64,000 bases of DNA from a phage. The stretch lies in NCBI GenBank assembly GCA_033286805.1, contig GCA_033286805.1_4727.1. One strand, given 5' to 3'. The position numbers were made by a program, and so were the translations under genes. Positions 47,871 through 57,627 of the stretch are shown piece after piece. Every line of letters starts with the position of its first letter. Within the stretch, counting starts at the first letter, position 1. The notes below the pieces were generated by a model that saw nothing but the letters and a program-made list of their open reading frames with translations, was not told the origin of the DNA and did no database searches.

Positions 47871-48034
47871 TTTTTTCAATATTGGTGTAACCACATTGAA
47901 CGATATAAACCCCCAGGCGAACGCTGCCGAGAAGCAACATTCTTTCTACATATAATCAGGATATGTCTGTAAACTTTTACTTCTCTTATTGAGAGTAAAG
48001 TCATATCCGTTTACCATCTTCTTACGGAGTTCGT

Positions 48035-49129
48035 ATGTTTCGTGTTTTAAATAACCTCCCGCGAACATCATCGGGTGTGCAACCCGTCCCTCAGAAAGAC
48101 TATCTAATACGTGAAGTTCAAAGAAACCTACAGACAATCCAGAACCACTATCAAGGTTTTACCTTCGCGGTTCAGAGCGATCACATCCTTGCATTGCTGC
48201 TCGCACAGCTCCCTATGAGATACGACATCTCAGTACAAACTTACTACGACATGATTCTCGATCTTACGCCAGAATTGGGTAATCGTGTCAAGTTGACAAC
48301 ATCAAGATACGCGGGTAAGTTATTCGACGGTGCTTTCTATCCGGGATTGCACGAAGCTATTATCGCAACCGGTGAAAGTCGTCTTATTTCACGTGATGTT
48401 CTTGACAACTGGCGTAATTGGTCACCAGTTAGAATCGTGACGCACCCATACGCAAATCTTCGTTACATTCCTCTTCACCAAAAGCAGGTTGAAGAAGGAC
48501 GAGGTTTTGCGGTCATTATGGTTGACGTACCTTTATTAGCGCTACAGTATCGAATGTGGTCTTTGGTCATGGGTCATAACGTCGACGGTAAATGGGTGGT
48601 TAAAGAACCGGTTACAAGCTTCCTTGCGAGTTTTCCGTTGGTTAACGTATTATACTCACACAACGATGTTGTTATACGTAATCGTTGTTTGTGGGTATCT
48701 CCGGCTAAGAATCCACTCAAATCACCAATTTACGTTAACGACCTTGATAACGTATTCAGCCAAGTCGTTCTGTCCGTACAGCATCATTTATTACGAAGAA
48801 GACGAAGCTACACCGACATGCTTAAACAGATACCGAGTTTATACGGGGATCAGTACCAAGCAACCCGGATGGGCTATACCGTCGATCTTCGACAAACACG
48901 ATGGGCAAGGGATCTGGGTTGTCTGTCATTATGGCAACAACTCGTCACACTACAAAACGTATCTGAAAGCGTCGGGTTCAGCAGTCAAATCGATAACGAC
49001 CTGTATCGTGCCGCCGACCGAAGTCTAAAAGAAGGTAACTGGGAATCCTCTCCGTTACCTGGCGATTTAAGACGTGAAGTTATCGCACAGGTTGCCGACC
49101 TCTTAAAAATTCTTCCTGCTGGTACATAA
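48035..49129 (+). CDS. hypothetical protein
   Basis: 364-aa plus-strand ORF with GGAG SD; CCGTTTACCATCT motif upstream. Confidence 0.55.
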   Translation: MFRVLNNLPRTSSGVQPVPQKDYLIREVQRNLQTIQNHYQGFTFAVQSDHILALLLAQLPMRYDISVQTYYDMILDLTPELGNRVKLTTSRYAGKLFDGAFYPGLHEAIIATGESRLISRDVLDNWRNWSPVRIVTHPYANLRYIPLHQKQVEEGRGFAVIMVDVPLLALQYRMWSLVMGHNVDGKWVVKEPVTSFLASFPLVNVLYSHNDVVIRNRCLWVSPAKNPLKSPIYVNDLDNVFSQVVLSVQHHLLRRRRSYTDMLKQIPSLYGDQYQATRMGYTVDLRQTRWARDLGCLSLWQQLVTLQNVSESVGFSSQIDNDLYRAADRSLKEGNWESSPLPGDLRREVIAQVADLLKILPAGT

Positions 49130-49149
49130 TCACCTCCCTCTTCCCTTGC

Positions 49150-49180
49150 ATCCTCCCAACCCGTAAGGGAAGGGAGGATG
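49150..49180. terminator. hairpin between convergent genes
   Basis: CATCCTCCC / GGGAGGATG stem within longer imperfect palindrome. Confidence 0.45.
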
Positions 49181-49195
49181 GGGTGGTGGATTATG

Positions 49196-51349
49196 TTACT
49201 CTGCGGTTTCTCGCTTCGGTAAATAACTTGCTGCGATGTCTTGGGCCAACAATGTATTGTTTTTATTCGAGATGAAAATACCGTAACTTTCCATTAACGC
49301 GTAATACGAACGCACGAGCGTAGAGATCAATCGACGAATATCCATACCTTGAATAAAGATATCGGGAAGCCCGGAGGCTTCGATCACCGGTAATGGTATC
49401 GTTAAGTTGCTTATCGTTTTCTTATCGTTACGTACAATCCAATCACGGAAACGTTGTTGTAACCCTTTATCCTCCCAGGAATCAATCCAATCGTTAAGAA
49501 GCGTTTTGTTCTTCGTCGCCAACGGCACACGAACCCCAACATAGGGTGGTTCCTGGCAATGGCCGTACGATTGAGCAAACACCTCTTCCCACATATCGTA
49601 AGACTGTTTCGTTACTGCAACATGCGGTTTCACTTTAACACGTGTTAAGAAATCAGGATCACCACGTTTCATGGACTCAACGATTTCGTTTTCTAACGAG
49701 ATAATATCATCAAGAACCAATCGAATGCTGATCTTCTCATTACGTAACAGCTTATCCATGATACCACACATCATGCGTTCAACACGTTTGACGATCATTT
49801 TTGGTGCTGACGCATCGCGCATAACCGGACCTTTCAATTCCAGCTTCGGTGGATTGATAGGAACCCCCTCACGCATGGTCATGTAACCGTAATAGTTTTT
49901 ACCCATCGAGGTTAACGACAGAATCAAGAACATATATTCGTTCTTCATTTCCATTACGTACATATGCTCTTTCGCCACACCGATATTACCAGAACACATC
50001 GCCATCAGATGGACTGTAATCTGCGTAACCAGATAGATAAGCGTGTTTGCTAAGCGCGTCGAAACTGGATTGATCTCCATATTTCCAAATCGCCACTGAA
50101 CCCACTCCTGGCAGGTAAACACCGTCGAGTCGGTATCAGACAACACGCCCACTTCACGGATTGCTGATGGGAAAGCATAAACACCAGCCGGTTGGTTCTC
50201 GGTACGCCAGAACGCCATAATCAAATCAGCATAGCTTTGAATACGCTGTAGCATTAATTTTGTCGTTGCTGCAGTAAGACGATAACCAAGCTCATTTCCT
50301 TTTTCTAGCGCTACGTAAATCGCTTCCCCATTCAAGAACTCCGTACATTGTGCTGTAATCCAAGCGACCGTGTTGTTATCCATGGAAGCAATAATGGCTT
50401 TAGCCTCTTCCATCGTTTCAACAGGTTCGGATGCCAGCTCGCATAACGAATCAAGAAAATCTCGAACAAATTCAGGATTAAGCTCACGTAACGAGTACAG
50501 GTTATTGCTGTACATGTAGCAGGCGCGTTCCAGTGGGGTTAAACCGGTAATTAACTCCCGGATAGTCAGTTCTTTCTCTGGGTCGAAAGTATACCGATGC
50601 AAGCATTTCGATACGTTAGCCCAAACCTCTTCCGGCGTAGGGTAATGTAGTTTGTATTTTACCATTACCTGTTCAATGGCTTTACGATCGCTGTTGCGGA
50701 CAATACTCACGATGTTTTCAATTGCGATATCACAATCGTAATAATGGAAATTGCCCGCAAGGAAGCGTTCGTTGTTCGCATTGGCTGAACCTGAAGCACA
50801 GCGACATGTTGTCGTTAAACTTGGATGTGCGATCGGATTATAAAAAGGGTTAAACTTGGACGCCTGGGTTCCTGACAAACTGTTGTTATCTAACTTGGTG
50901 TTGGTTTGTCGTTTATCGTGTAACTCAGCTTCATCTTTACGTCCGTGTGCTTGTGCTATCGACATTTGTTTCTTTTGTTTCTTACGCAACTTACCGTTTT
51001 CAACCGCGAAATCGCTTAGCACACTGGAACGTGTTTCACGTGGATAACAGTTAGCCCATACCGGCGTGATAATTAAATTATTTTCTTTAATATCATTGAA
51101 GTATTGGCTGAACTTAATGACTTCTTTTTCTCGATTTCCTTCGGTACGCTGTGTTAATACAAGACAGTCGGGATCAACCATCCCGTATTTTCCACCGGGA
51201 CGAACCGTATCAAGGACAAACTGTAACGCTTCCTGCTGTGATATCCCACGCATGCGCATTAAGAACAGGGTATAATCCTGTACCGCTTCTTTGGTCATAT
51301 CCAACGTACGACCATATCCGTTTTCATCGTAAAAGAACGGATTTTCCAT
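49196..51349 (-). CDS. large hypothetical protein (717 aa)
   Basis: Long ORF; YAFPSAI and LSDTDS segments noted but no confident family assignment. Confidence 0.55.
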   Translation of the reverse strand: MENPFFYDENGYGRTLDMTKEAVQDYTLFLMRMRGISQQEALQFVLDTVRPGGKYGMVDPDCLVLTQRTEGNREKEVIKFSQYFNDIKENNLIITPVWANCYPRETRSSVLSDFAVENGKLRKKQKKQMSIAQAHGRKDEAELHDKRQTNTKLDNNSLSGTQASKFNPFYNPIAHPSLTTTCRCASGSANANNERFLAGNFHYYDCDIAIENIVSIVRNSDRKAIEQVMVKYKLHYPTPEEVWANVSKCLHRYTFDPEKELTIRELITGLTPLERACYMYSNNLYSLRELNPEFVRDFLDSLCELASEPVETMEEAKAIIASMDNNTVAWITAQCTEFLNGEAIYVALEKGNELGYRLTAATTKLMLQRIQSYADLIMAFWRTENQPAGVYAFPSAIREVGVLSDTDSTVFTCQEWVQWRFGNMEINPVSTRLANTLIYLVTQITVHLMAMCSGNIGVAKEHMYVMEMKNEYMFLILSLTSMGKNYYGYMTMREGVPINPPKLELKGPVMRDASAPKMIVKRVERMMCGIMDKLLRNEKISIRLVLDDIISLENEIVESMKRGDPDFLTRVKVKPHVAVTKQSYDMWEEVFAQSYGHCQEPPYVGVRVPLATKNKTLLNDWIDSWEDKGLQQRFRDWIVRNDKKTISNLTIPLPVIEASGLPDIFIQGMDIRRLISTLVRSYYALMESYGIFISNKNNTLLAQDIAASYLPKRETAE

Positions 51350-51424
51350 AAATCCTCCAAAAGTTATTTAGTCTGTCTACATCATCTCGTATATCTGTTA
51401 AAAAAGAAGGACGGCATAAAAAAG

Positions 51425-51452
51425 AACCGATCCAGCCGAAGCCAGATCGGTT
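51425..51452 (-). terminator. hairpin followed by TTTTTTATGCCGTCC motif
   Basis: AACCGATC / GATCGGTT stem. Confidence 0.45.
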
Positions 51453-51648
51453 AAAAAAGGATAATAACTGACAGAAAGATATCGATGATGTTCGTGAAAC
51501 AAGATCTTCTCTCGTGTACAATGATGCTAGATCAGAGGGAGGTTGTAACACGAGAGGTGGTCCGCCAAAGAAGGAATAAAAACACGAACCTATCTTATTT
51601 CACTGATGGCACTAACCACTCAAAATATATAGTACCGTATGTAAAAGT

Positions 51649-52062
51649 TTACTGATTAATCAAGTCGTTAGCAACAATCTTGGTGTAACCTGCTTGATTA
51701 AGAATTTGATTAATTTTCGTCACGTCGGTCGCATCCTCAATAACGATGCTGGGTTTATAGATCAGCGTCTTGGTAACGACGATTGTACTCTCCTTAATCC
51801 AAGGAATCCCTAGAATCACATACTCACCATCGGCTGTAATGACCTCGACGTAATTGTATTTCGTCGGATCGTTCGGTACACTAGACGGGAGCCGGGAATA
51901 AATCTGTTGGTGAATGGCATCTACATCACGACCGTTACGTACAGCTGTGCGATAATTGTACACAGCGCTAATTTCTACTCCGTTGAAGTTAACCCCAAGT
52001 TCTGGGGCGTACACATCAAAACTCACAACAGAGCCAATCTTTTCTAAATCAGAAGCTGGCAT
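51649..52062 (-). CDS. hypothetical protein
   Basis: 137-aa ORF. Confidence 0.45.
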   Translation of the reverse strand: MPASDLEKIGSVVSFDVYAPELGVNFNGVEISAVYNYRTAVRNGRDVDAIHQQIYSRLPSSVPNDPTKYNYVEVITADGEYVILGIPWIKESTIVVTKTLIYKPSIVIEDATDVTKINQILNQAGYTKIVANDLINQ

Positions 52063-52077
52063 AATAGCATCCTTTAT

Positions 52078-52596
52078 TTAAAAAATGTATTCATATCCGA
52101 AAGTCGTCGCTGACCAGACCCGGATAGATGATAGTGTTCCGCCACGATAAAACGTTTTTGTGAATTCCATATCCTGGACAACACGATAATAAACACGTCC
52201 GATAATACGTACGATAAGGTTTCGTGATAACGATCTCTCCTCGCAGTATTCATCGATAAAGTCATCGTCGATATCCGATAAGACAACATCCGCAATTTCT
52301 TGCAGTAGATTCCTCATCAGCATCTGCCTTCCTTCGGTACCCCACCCAGACAAACAGTAATCGTCTTCTGCCTGACTATAGATGTCGTTAACCGCCTGTT
52401 CGAGCAGTTGCTCAAGATAGTAGTCATCGCGTTTTATAACGTGGCGACGGCGCTCAGTGGCGTATTTTTCCATCCTGTGTTTCTCTTGTTCGGCGTATGT
52501 ATTAACGACGCCACAGTCTTTTCTGGATCGTCCCACAATGCACGACGAAAACTGGATACTACCATAACGGTAGGATAGATTTGTACAACCTCCCAT
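52078..52596 (-). CDS. hypothetical protein (start uncertain)
   Basis: 172-aa ORF overlapping next ORF by 162 nt as drawn. Confidence 0.35.
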   Translation of the reverse strand: MGGCTNLSYRYGSIQFSSCIVGRSRKDCGVVNTYAEQEKHRMEKYATERRRHVIKRDDYYLEQLLEQAVNDIYSQAEDDYCLSGWGTEGRQMLMRNLLQEIADVVLSDIDDDFIDEYCEERSLSRNLIVRIIGRVYYRVVQDMEFTKTFYRGGTLSSIRVWSATTFGYEYIF

Positions 52597-52922
52597 CCGT
52601 AACGATGTGCGTTAGTCGTACGTCCGACATTGAACAGACATAGCTGATTTAAGAAACAGAGCTGCATCTTCGTAAATAACACCATGTCTTCACGTTTAAC
52701 GTATCCGAGGATATACGCATTCTCGAACGCCTCGCGCGACAAGACGGGACGATTAAGATACCGCAACGACAGTACCAACAACGTTGTTATACGCAACGGA
52801 TCTTCTGGGTCATTCATGGTGCTCAGCTCTGCTTGTAACCAGTCAGGGATAGTAACCGTCAGACGATAGGTATCTGTTCCACGATCAACCACATTCAATG
52901 TTGAAAAAGGCAACATATCCAT
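52434..52922 (-). CDS. hypothetical protein
   Basis: 162-aa ORF. Confidence 0.4.
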   Translation of the reverse strand: MDMLPFSTLNVVDRGTDTYRLTVTIPDWLQAELSTMNDPEDPLRITTLLVLSLRYLNRPVLSREAFENAYILGYVKREDMVLFTKMQLCFLNQLCLFNVGRTTNAHRYGWEVVQIYPTVMVVSSFRRALWDDPEKTVASLIHTPNKRNTGWKNTPLSAVATL

Positions 52923-53379
52923 GAATTCCTTCTAGCTCGAGGTTATTCTCGCCCGTCTTCGGTAATAACCCACTGGCCGTTAACATCTGCGTCATCGAGT
53001 AGTCAAAGCACGGAAATATCAGGTTAACGGTTTCCTGGATCGCGTCAACATAACTATAAATGGCTTCATAATACTCACCGTCATGATCTACACTAACCAG
53101 TTCCTGACACAGTTCTTCGCTTATCATTTCATATACCGGTGGATACCATGATTGAAATGGTCGCTGCATACGTAACGACCAATACTCGTACGTCGTATAC
53201 TGAAGCACGTCGTAAGCCGATACGTTAATGCGGTCGAAGAAAGCATACTTGTCCATATGCTGATACAACATCGCCAGCACGGTTTCCAAGCACACCGATA
53301 TCCGCACGCCGTCATCTTTCCCGTTAAGAAAATTAGGTTTCTGCCGATAACGCACAAATGCCGACGGCTTTGATTGCAT
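52885..53379 (-). CDS. hypothetical protein (start trimmed to ATG 53379, TAATG overlap)
   Basis: Track ORF 52885-53460; internal ATG gives 1-nt overlap with upstream stop. Confidence 0.4.
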   Translation of the reverse strand: MQSKPSAFVRYRQKPNFLNGKDDGVRISVCLETVLAMLYQHMDKYAFFDRINVSAYDVLQYTTYEYWSLRMQRPFQSWYPPVYEMISEELCQELVSVDHDGEYYEAIYSYVDAIQETVNLIFPCFDYSMTQMLTASGLLPKTGENNLELEGIHGYVAFFNIECG

Positions 53380-53930
53380 TATTCCACCACCAACCATAAC
53401 GTCATACTCGTATCTAACGTAAAATTGAAATGCCACCAATCTTCTACACGTGGAATCCACGTACGAAGGATTTGGTTAACTTCGCTTCGCATCACCGATA
53501 AACGACAACGAAAATCGAACTTCTCATCATGACCGTAGTCTTCATGCATGAAAACTTCATCCAAAACGAACTCAAGTTGCATGTCGACATCACGACCAGA
53601 GATATTCCGTTTGTACAAATACAACTCAATCGTGTCGTAAAGCAACGTATGAATATCATAATTTCCGTTCGGTGAGAAATAAGGTAATCGCTCATCGAAC
53701 ATCGAAAACAGATATTCGCTGTAGTTTAATAACGGGATGATGTACCGACGCCCTGTCTGTGGTGTGCGAATATGTATCGAAACCTGACTTGGGCGCGGAA
53801 TAACCGACGGCTTAGAATCGTCTCTCTGAAATTGCTCTAAAGATCGCAACAAAGGTGGCCGCATTGTAACTCTCCAACGCCCAATTGTAAGGCCCTTCCA
53901 ACATGTGTTCCCATACGTGAATAAACTCAC
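53379..53930 (-). CDS. hypothetical protein (start uncertain)
   Basis: 183-aa ORF. Confidence 0.4.
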   Translation of the reverse strand: MSLFTYGNTCWKGLTIGRWRVTMRPPLLRSLEQFQRDDSKPSVIPRPSQVSIHIRTPQTGRRYIIPLLNYSEYLFSMFDERLPYFSPNGNYDIHTLLYDTIELYLYKRNISGRDVDMQLEFVLDEVFMHEDYGHDEKFDFRCRLSVMRSEVNQILRTWIPRVEDWWHFNFTLDTSMTLWLVVE

Positions 53931-54441
53931 TACCGAAGACAGGCTCTAGCGCCATAGTGAGATTCGTAAGTTCTGACGCGGCCGCATGGTAAGCATCAAC
54001 ATGTCTTTCCATTGACGGATCGTCTTCATTGAAAATACGTTCTGTATCGCCAGCGCGCTCAATAAGTTCGGTAATGAGATCTGTCCATGTCTCGTGACAC
54101 GTCATCATTTCCTGTTCTCGACTTAGTATGCCGATGTCTGCGTGGACGCTGGACTCGAACCGGTCTAAAAGGACCCGAAGAACGTGCACCTTGTCGATGT
54201 ATTTCACCGTTATCCAAGAAAGCGGTTGCCACCGACTCAGCATCCATCCGGTACTCGGGAACCCCAAACTCATATAGTACGGGTTGCACCGGACCGAAGA
54301 CGGAGCGACGTTGTTTAAATCGCTCCTTAAGGGCAAGGCCTTGTTTAATATAAACGGGTTCATTGGCGAGTTGTTCCGCTTTTCGTTTTGCGTGAGCCAA
54401 TCGAAGTTCTTCCAATTGCCCAAGCCATTCAAATTGTTCAT
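53812..54441 (-). CDS. hypothetical protein (start uncertain; likely internal Met)
   Basis: 209-aa ORF overlapping 54059-55036 by 383 nt as drawn. Confidence 0.3.
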   Translation of the reverse strand: MNNLNGLGNWKNFDWLTQNEKRNNSPMNPFILNKALPLRSDLNNVAPSSVRCNPYYMSLGFPSTGWMLSRWQPLSWITVKYIDKVHVLRVLLDRFESSVHADIGILSREQEMMTCHETWTDLITELIERAGDTERIFNEDDPSMERHVDAYHAAASELTNLTMALEPVFGSEFIHVWEHMLEGPYNWALESYNAATFVAIFRAISERRF

Positions 54442-55036
54442 CTGTTAGCTCCTGGGGACGTTCAACAATCGCGCCAGACGGGCAGATATTGATCGTAATG
54501 TTAATTGACGGCATCGCCATCACTCGAGGATTACTATTACGTACGCGGACAACGTGTTCGGTTGCTGATTTACGATCGACGCAATACTCTGTTTCTTGGA
54601 ACTCAAATGCTTTTAACGGCGCTGGTTTTGTTTGACGTTTAGGAACGCGACCAAGATCAACAATATAGGCATAATCGCACACACGTTCTATTCCGTAAAT
54701 ACGGTTATCCGACCAGTTCTTACCAAACAGCTTGTTGTGATGATAAGACAAATATTCGGTTACCATACCCTGGACAACATCGAAGTCTTCTCGAAATTCG
54801 GGTTGGTACCAAATCGGGCCGAGAATATCTGCGAACGATTCATGACGATATCGAGGATCATGTCGAGTCCAGGTCATTCTCTGGTTAAGATCGAAATCCA
54901 CCAACAACTCGGTTAATTGCAATTTTTCCTTCGGAGAAAGCTGGCGTTGATGATGCAAACTCAGGCAATCGATAAGCGGTAATGAAACCCACGATGCTAA
55001 TGTGTACAAATCGATCCTGGCTAATCTCTTGGTCAT
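54059..55036 (-). CDS. hypothetical protein
   Basis: 325-aa ORF. Confidence 0.5.
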   Translation of the reverse strand: MTKRLARIDLYTLASWVSLPLIDCLSLHHQRQLSPKEKLQLTELLVDFDLNQRMTWTRHDPRYRHESFADILGPIWYQPEFREDFDVVQGMVTEYLSYHHNKLFGKNWSDNRIYGIERVCDYAYIVDLGRVPKRQTKPAPLKAFEFQETEYCVDRKSATEHVVRVRNSNPRVMAMPSINITINICPSGAIVERPQELTDEQFEWLGQLEELRLAHAKRKAEQLANEPVYIKQGLALKERFKQRRSVFGPVQPVLYEFGVPEYRMDAESVATAFLDNGEIHRQGARSSGPFRPVRVQRPRRHRHTKSRTGNDDVSRDMDRSHYRTY

Positions 55037-55127
55037 ACTCTTTTCCTAAGTCCCCATTGTTTATACACACGATATCTGGGAATAGTTAAAATATACGGCG
55101 TAAAACGAAGCAGGAGAGTTTCTGACG

Positions 55128-55448
55128 TCATTTTCTCCCTCTTCGAATACCACCGATACCTCTTTCGTCTAAGACGTCCCAAGCACGCTTTATTTCATCC
55201 TCCGTTGCTCTGGTATCTGGAGGGACAACCATAACACAGTCGTGGAATGGCCAATGTGTAGGTCTGGGGTTAGCGAACAAATCATCCCATTCAAATGTCC
55301 ATTCTTTCTTTGAGCGATTGTAGTAGAGCGTAAGGTACGTGTTGGTATACGCCGGATAACCGCGCATAACTTCAATATCCTTACGATCTTGCCGTTCCTG
55401 ATTCCAATCGTTAAACCGCTTTCTTATTTTCTCCCACCACTTTCCCAT
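55128..55448 (-). CDS. hypothetical protein
   Basis: 106-aa ORF; AGGAG SD; TTTATGCCGTC motif 20 nt upstream. Confidence 0.5.
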   Translation of the reverse strand: MGKWWEKIRKRFNDWNQERQDRKDIEVMRGYPAYTNTYLTLYYNRSKKEWTFEWDDLFANPRPTHWPFHDCVMVVPPDTRATEDEIKRAWDVLDERGIGGIRRGRK

Positions 55449-55470
55449 GCTTTCTCCTAGACGGCATAAA

Positions 55471-55492
55471 AGCCTGCCCCGAAGGACAGGCT
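55471..55492 (-). terminator. hairpin followed by TTTATGCCGTC motif
   Basis: AGCCTGCCC-CGAA-GGACAGGCT stem after stop of 55502-55702. Confidence 0.5.
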
Positions 55493-55501
55493 CGATAGAA
55501 C

Positions 55502-55702
55502 TTAACGACCATCCAATTTCAATGAAGGATGGTTGACGATATGTGCGTGTTTTGCTGGGTCATATAGCTGATATGGAAAATAGCCATGCCATTGACGGCC
55601 TTGGCATTTCGTACACAGGAACTGACCAACACCTTGTCGATTCTCGTAAGCGAGTTCGGTACTATCAACATGTCCGCAACGTTCGCAGATAAACAGCGAC
55701 AT
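55502..55702 (-). CDS. small zinc-ribbon protein
   Basis: CERCGH...CTKCQG, 66 aa. Confidence 0.45.
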   Translation of the reverse strand: MSLFICERCGHVDSTELAYENRQGVGQFLCTKCQGRQWHGYFPYQLYDPAKHAHIVNHPSLKLDGR

Positions 55703-55739
55703 AGCGCATCCCCATTCACTTGAACCTTTTGGTTCGGCA

Positions 55740-56720
55740 TTAGAAAAGCAAGAAACCGCTATTCTTCGCTTCCGCTACAGTTTCGTCACCAACTTTCGGT
55801 GCTTGTTGACGTGCGTTACGATGTTCGATGTAACGTTTCGCTTCGTCCGCGATCTGTTTGATAATACCCCCTAAACGATCGGTACTTAAAACAAACGACG
55901 TCGCTTCACGAATCGGGCTGCTTTCAGGCACAAAACCATCACAGCTATAAATAGCGCTAACACCCATGACTTTTGTCGCGTCTTTCGGATAAAGCGTACA
56001 GAAAGCAATCGGGCTATCGTTCTCTTTCGTCCAATCGTATCCCATGAACGTATTCAGTTCGGTGATCGTTGGTTCCAAACCGGTAACACGTGGATGGTTT
56101 AAGAAGTTTTCCAGGTCGGCGCTGTCAAGACGACGGTTCTCGCCAGAAAACAGAACACAAAGCTGGCTAATAACAACCTGGACGTCCAGGTTGACATCCT
56201 GCTCCGATTTCCCATTTTCGCCATTCATGTGATAGCTAACAATCACCGGACGTTTCAATCCTTCTGCGGCTGCCATCAGTCCTTTGAAGGTGCGATCGGC
56301 GTTGATCGTCTGGCGCTCATCATCGAACGAGGCAACGATACAACACACCACACGTTCACCGCGTTCCAGCAGGTTAGCAACCAACGCAGGACCGGCAACA
56401 GAACCTGAACCACCGCTCAAACTAAAGACCACGATATTAAATTTACCCGGCGTATGCTTATTGAGAATACCTGGGATTTGTGAACAGATCAGTTCAGCGT
56501 TCTCATCACGCTTCTTACCAGAACCGTCTAACTCACGACCAGCTGCATCTTTAAAGATGTAAATATGATCGTCGCCCAGTGTGCTATCGCGTAGGTTAGC
56601 GCGGCTGGTATCAACATACGTCATGCTGTGTAATCCTTTCGCGACTTCGCCTTCAAATGCTGAGCCGATTTCGCCACCACAACCACCGACAGCCCAAATA
56701 TGTACTTGGTTCTCTTGCAT
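55740..56720 (-). CDS. phuZ: phage tubulin PhuZ (tubulin/FtsZ-like GTPase)
   Basis: N-terminal IWAVGGCGGEIG and T4-loop-like FSLSGGSGSVAGPALV closely parallel recalled PhuZ (IFAGGTGMNV...YSLGGGSGSVLGPLI); 326 aa; AGGAG SD. Confidence 0.75.
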   Translation of the reverse strand: MQENQVHIWAVGGCGGEIGSAFEGEVAKGLHSMTYVDTSRANLRDSTLGDDHIYIFKDAAGRELDGSGKKRDENAELICSQIPGILNKHTPGKFNIVVFSLSGGSGSVAGPALVANLLERGERVVCCIVASFDDERQTINADRTFKGLMAAAEGLKRPVIVSYHMNGENGKSEQDVNLDVQVVISQLCVLFSGENRRLDSADLENFLNHPRVTGLEPTITELNTFMGYDWTKENDSPIAFCTLYPKDATKVMGVSAIYSCDGFVPESSPIREATSFVLSTDRLGGIIKQIADEAKRYIEHRNARQQAPKVGDETVAEAKNSGFLLF

Positions 56721-56784
56721 GTGAACTCCTAACTTAATATGTATTTAACGCACAATGAATCTTTCTTTGCTAAAGGGGTGACCC

Positions 56785-57627
56785 ATGGGTGCTATTGACT
56801 ACAGTGTAGATCGTATCTGTCGTACAATACCGGCAGATATCCTACAGTATTGCTATATCGATCGTTACGACTGGCGTAATCGCTATCCTCGTTCCGTAGA
56901 AGACATCATTACCGATTGGGTAATCCGTAAACGGGTTATCGGCGACATCGATATATACGGGGGACTACAAACCGTTATCCCCCTTGATGATGCCGGTGTC
57001 ACTATCGAAGAAGTCACCATTAACTGTTATGTTTTCCACATCCCGTTGGAAGCCACACAGGGACGTTATATCACGTCTGCATTATCCATTATTTCAGGGA
57101 GCGTGAACAACTACGGAATAAACTATAACGGGCAATGGGGTGCTTTCAACCAAACCCAGTTTCAACGTCAGCTTTGTGGGTGGAACCCTGCAAGCAACAC
57201 GTTACAGCAGGGGATGAACGCGTTCGGTCCTATGAACGTTCTTAGTACAGCCAACGTTGATATCATCGCCCCTAACACCATCATGGTGAACAACGTCACG
57301 CCGGTACAATTTCCCCTGAGCCTACGTTGTTTCCTTGCCCACGATCCGGAACTTACTAACCTCAGCATGGAGGTTTGGAACGACTTCTACAAACTCTGTT
57401 TATACGCCACACAAAGTGACATCTATAACAGAACCGTTATCCGTCTCGATAGAGGTGTTACAGCACAAGGACAAGAAGTCGGTGCATTCAAGGAATACAT
57501 CGATCGCTTTGCCGATGCTGAAAACACATATCAGGAATTCCTCAACGAAACGTGGGCAGGCGTTGCCGCCTGGAACGATCCGCAAACTAAACGTCGCGCC
57601 ATTCGACTACAAACCGGTTACTTCTGA
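56785..57627 (+). CDS. hypothetical protein
   Basis: 280-aa plus-strand ORF, AAGGGG SD. Confidence 0.55.
   Translation: MGAIDYSVDRICRTIPADILQYCYIDRYDWRNRYPRSVEDIITDWVIRKRVIGDIDIYGGLQTVIPLDDAGVTIEEVTINCYVFHIPLEATQGRYITSALSIISGSVNNYGINYNGQWGAFNQTQFQRQLCGWNPASNTLQQGMNAFGPMNVLSTANVDIIAPNTIMVNNVTPVQFPLSLRCFLAHDPELTNLSMEVWNDFYKLCLYATQSDIYNRTVIRLDRGVTAQGQEVGAFKEYIDRFADAENTYQEFLNETWAGVAAWNDPQTKRRAIRLQTGYF

Noticed and set aside
49196-51349. 717-aa protein as a DNA polymerase
   Set aside because: DTDS-like and YxFPS-like segments are present but in an order and spacing inconsistent with family B motifs A, B and C; left as hypothetical.
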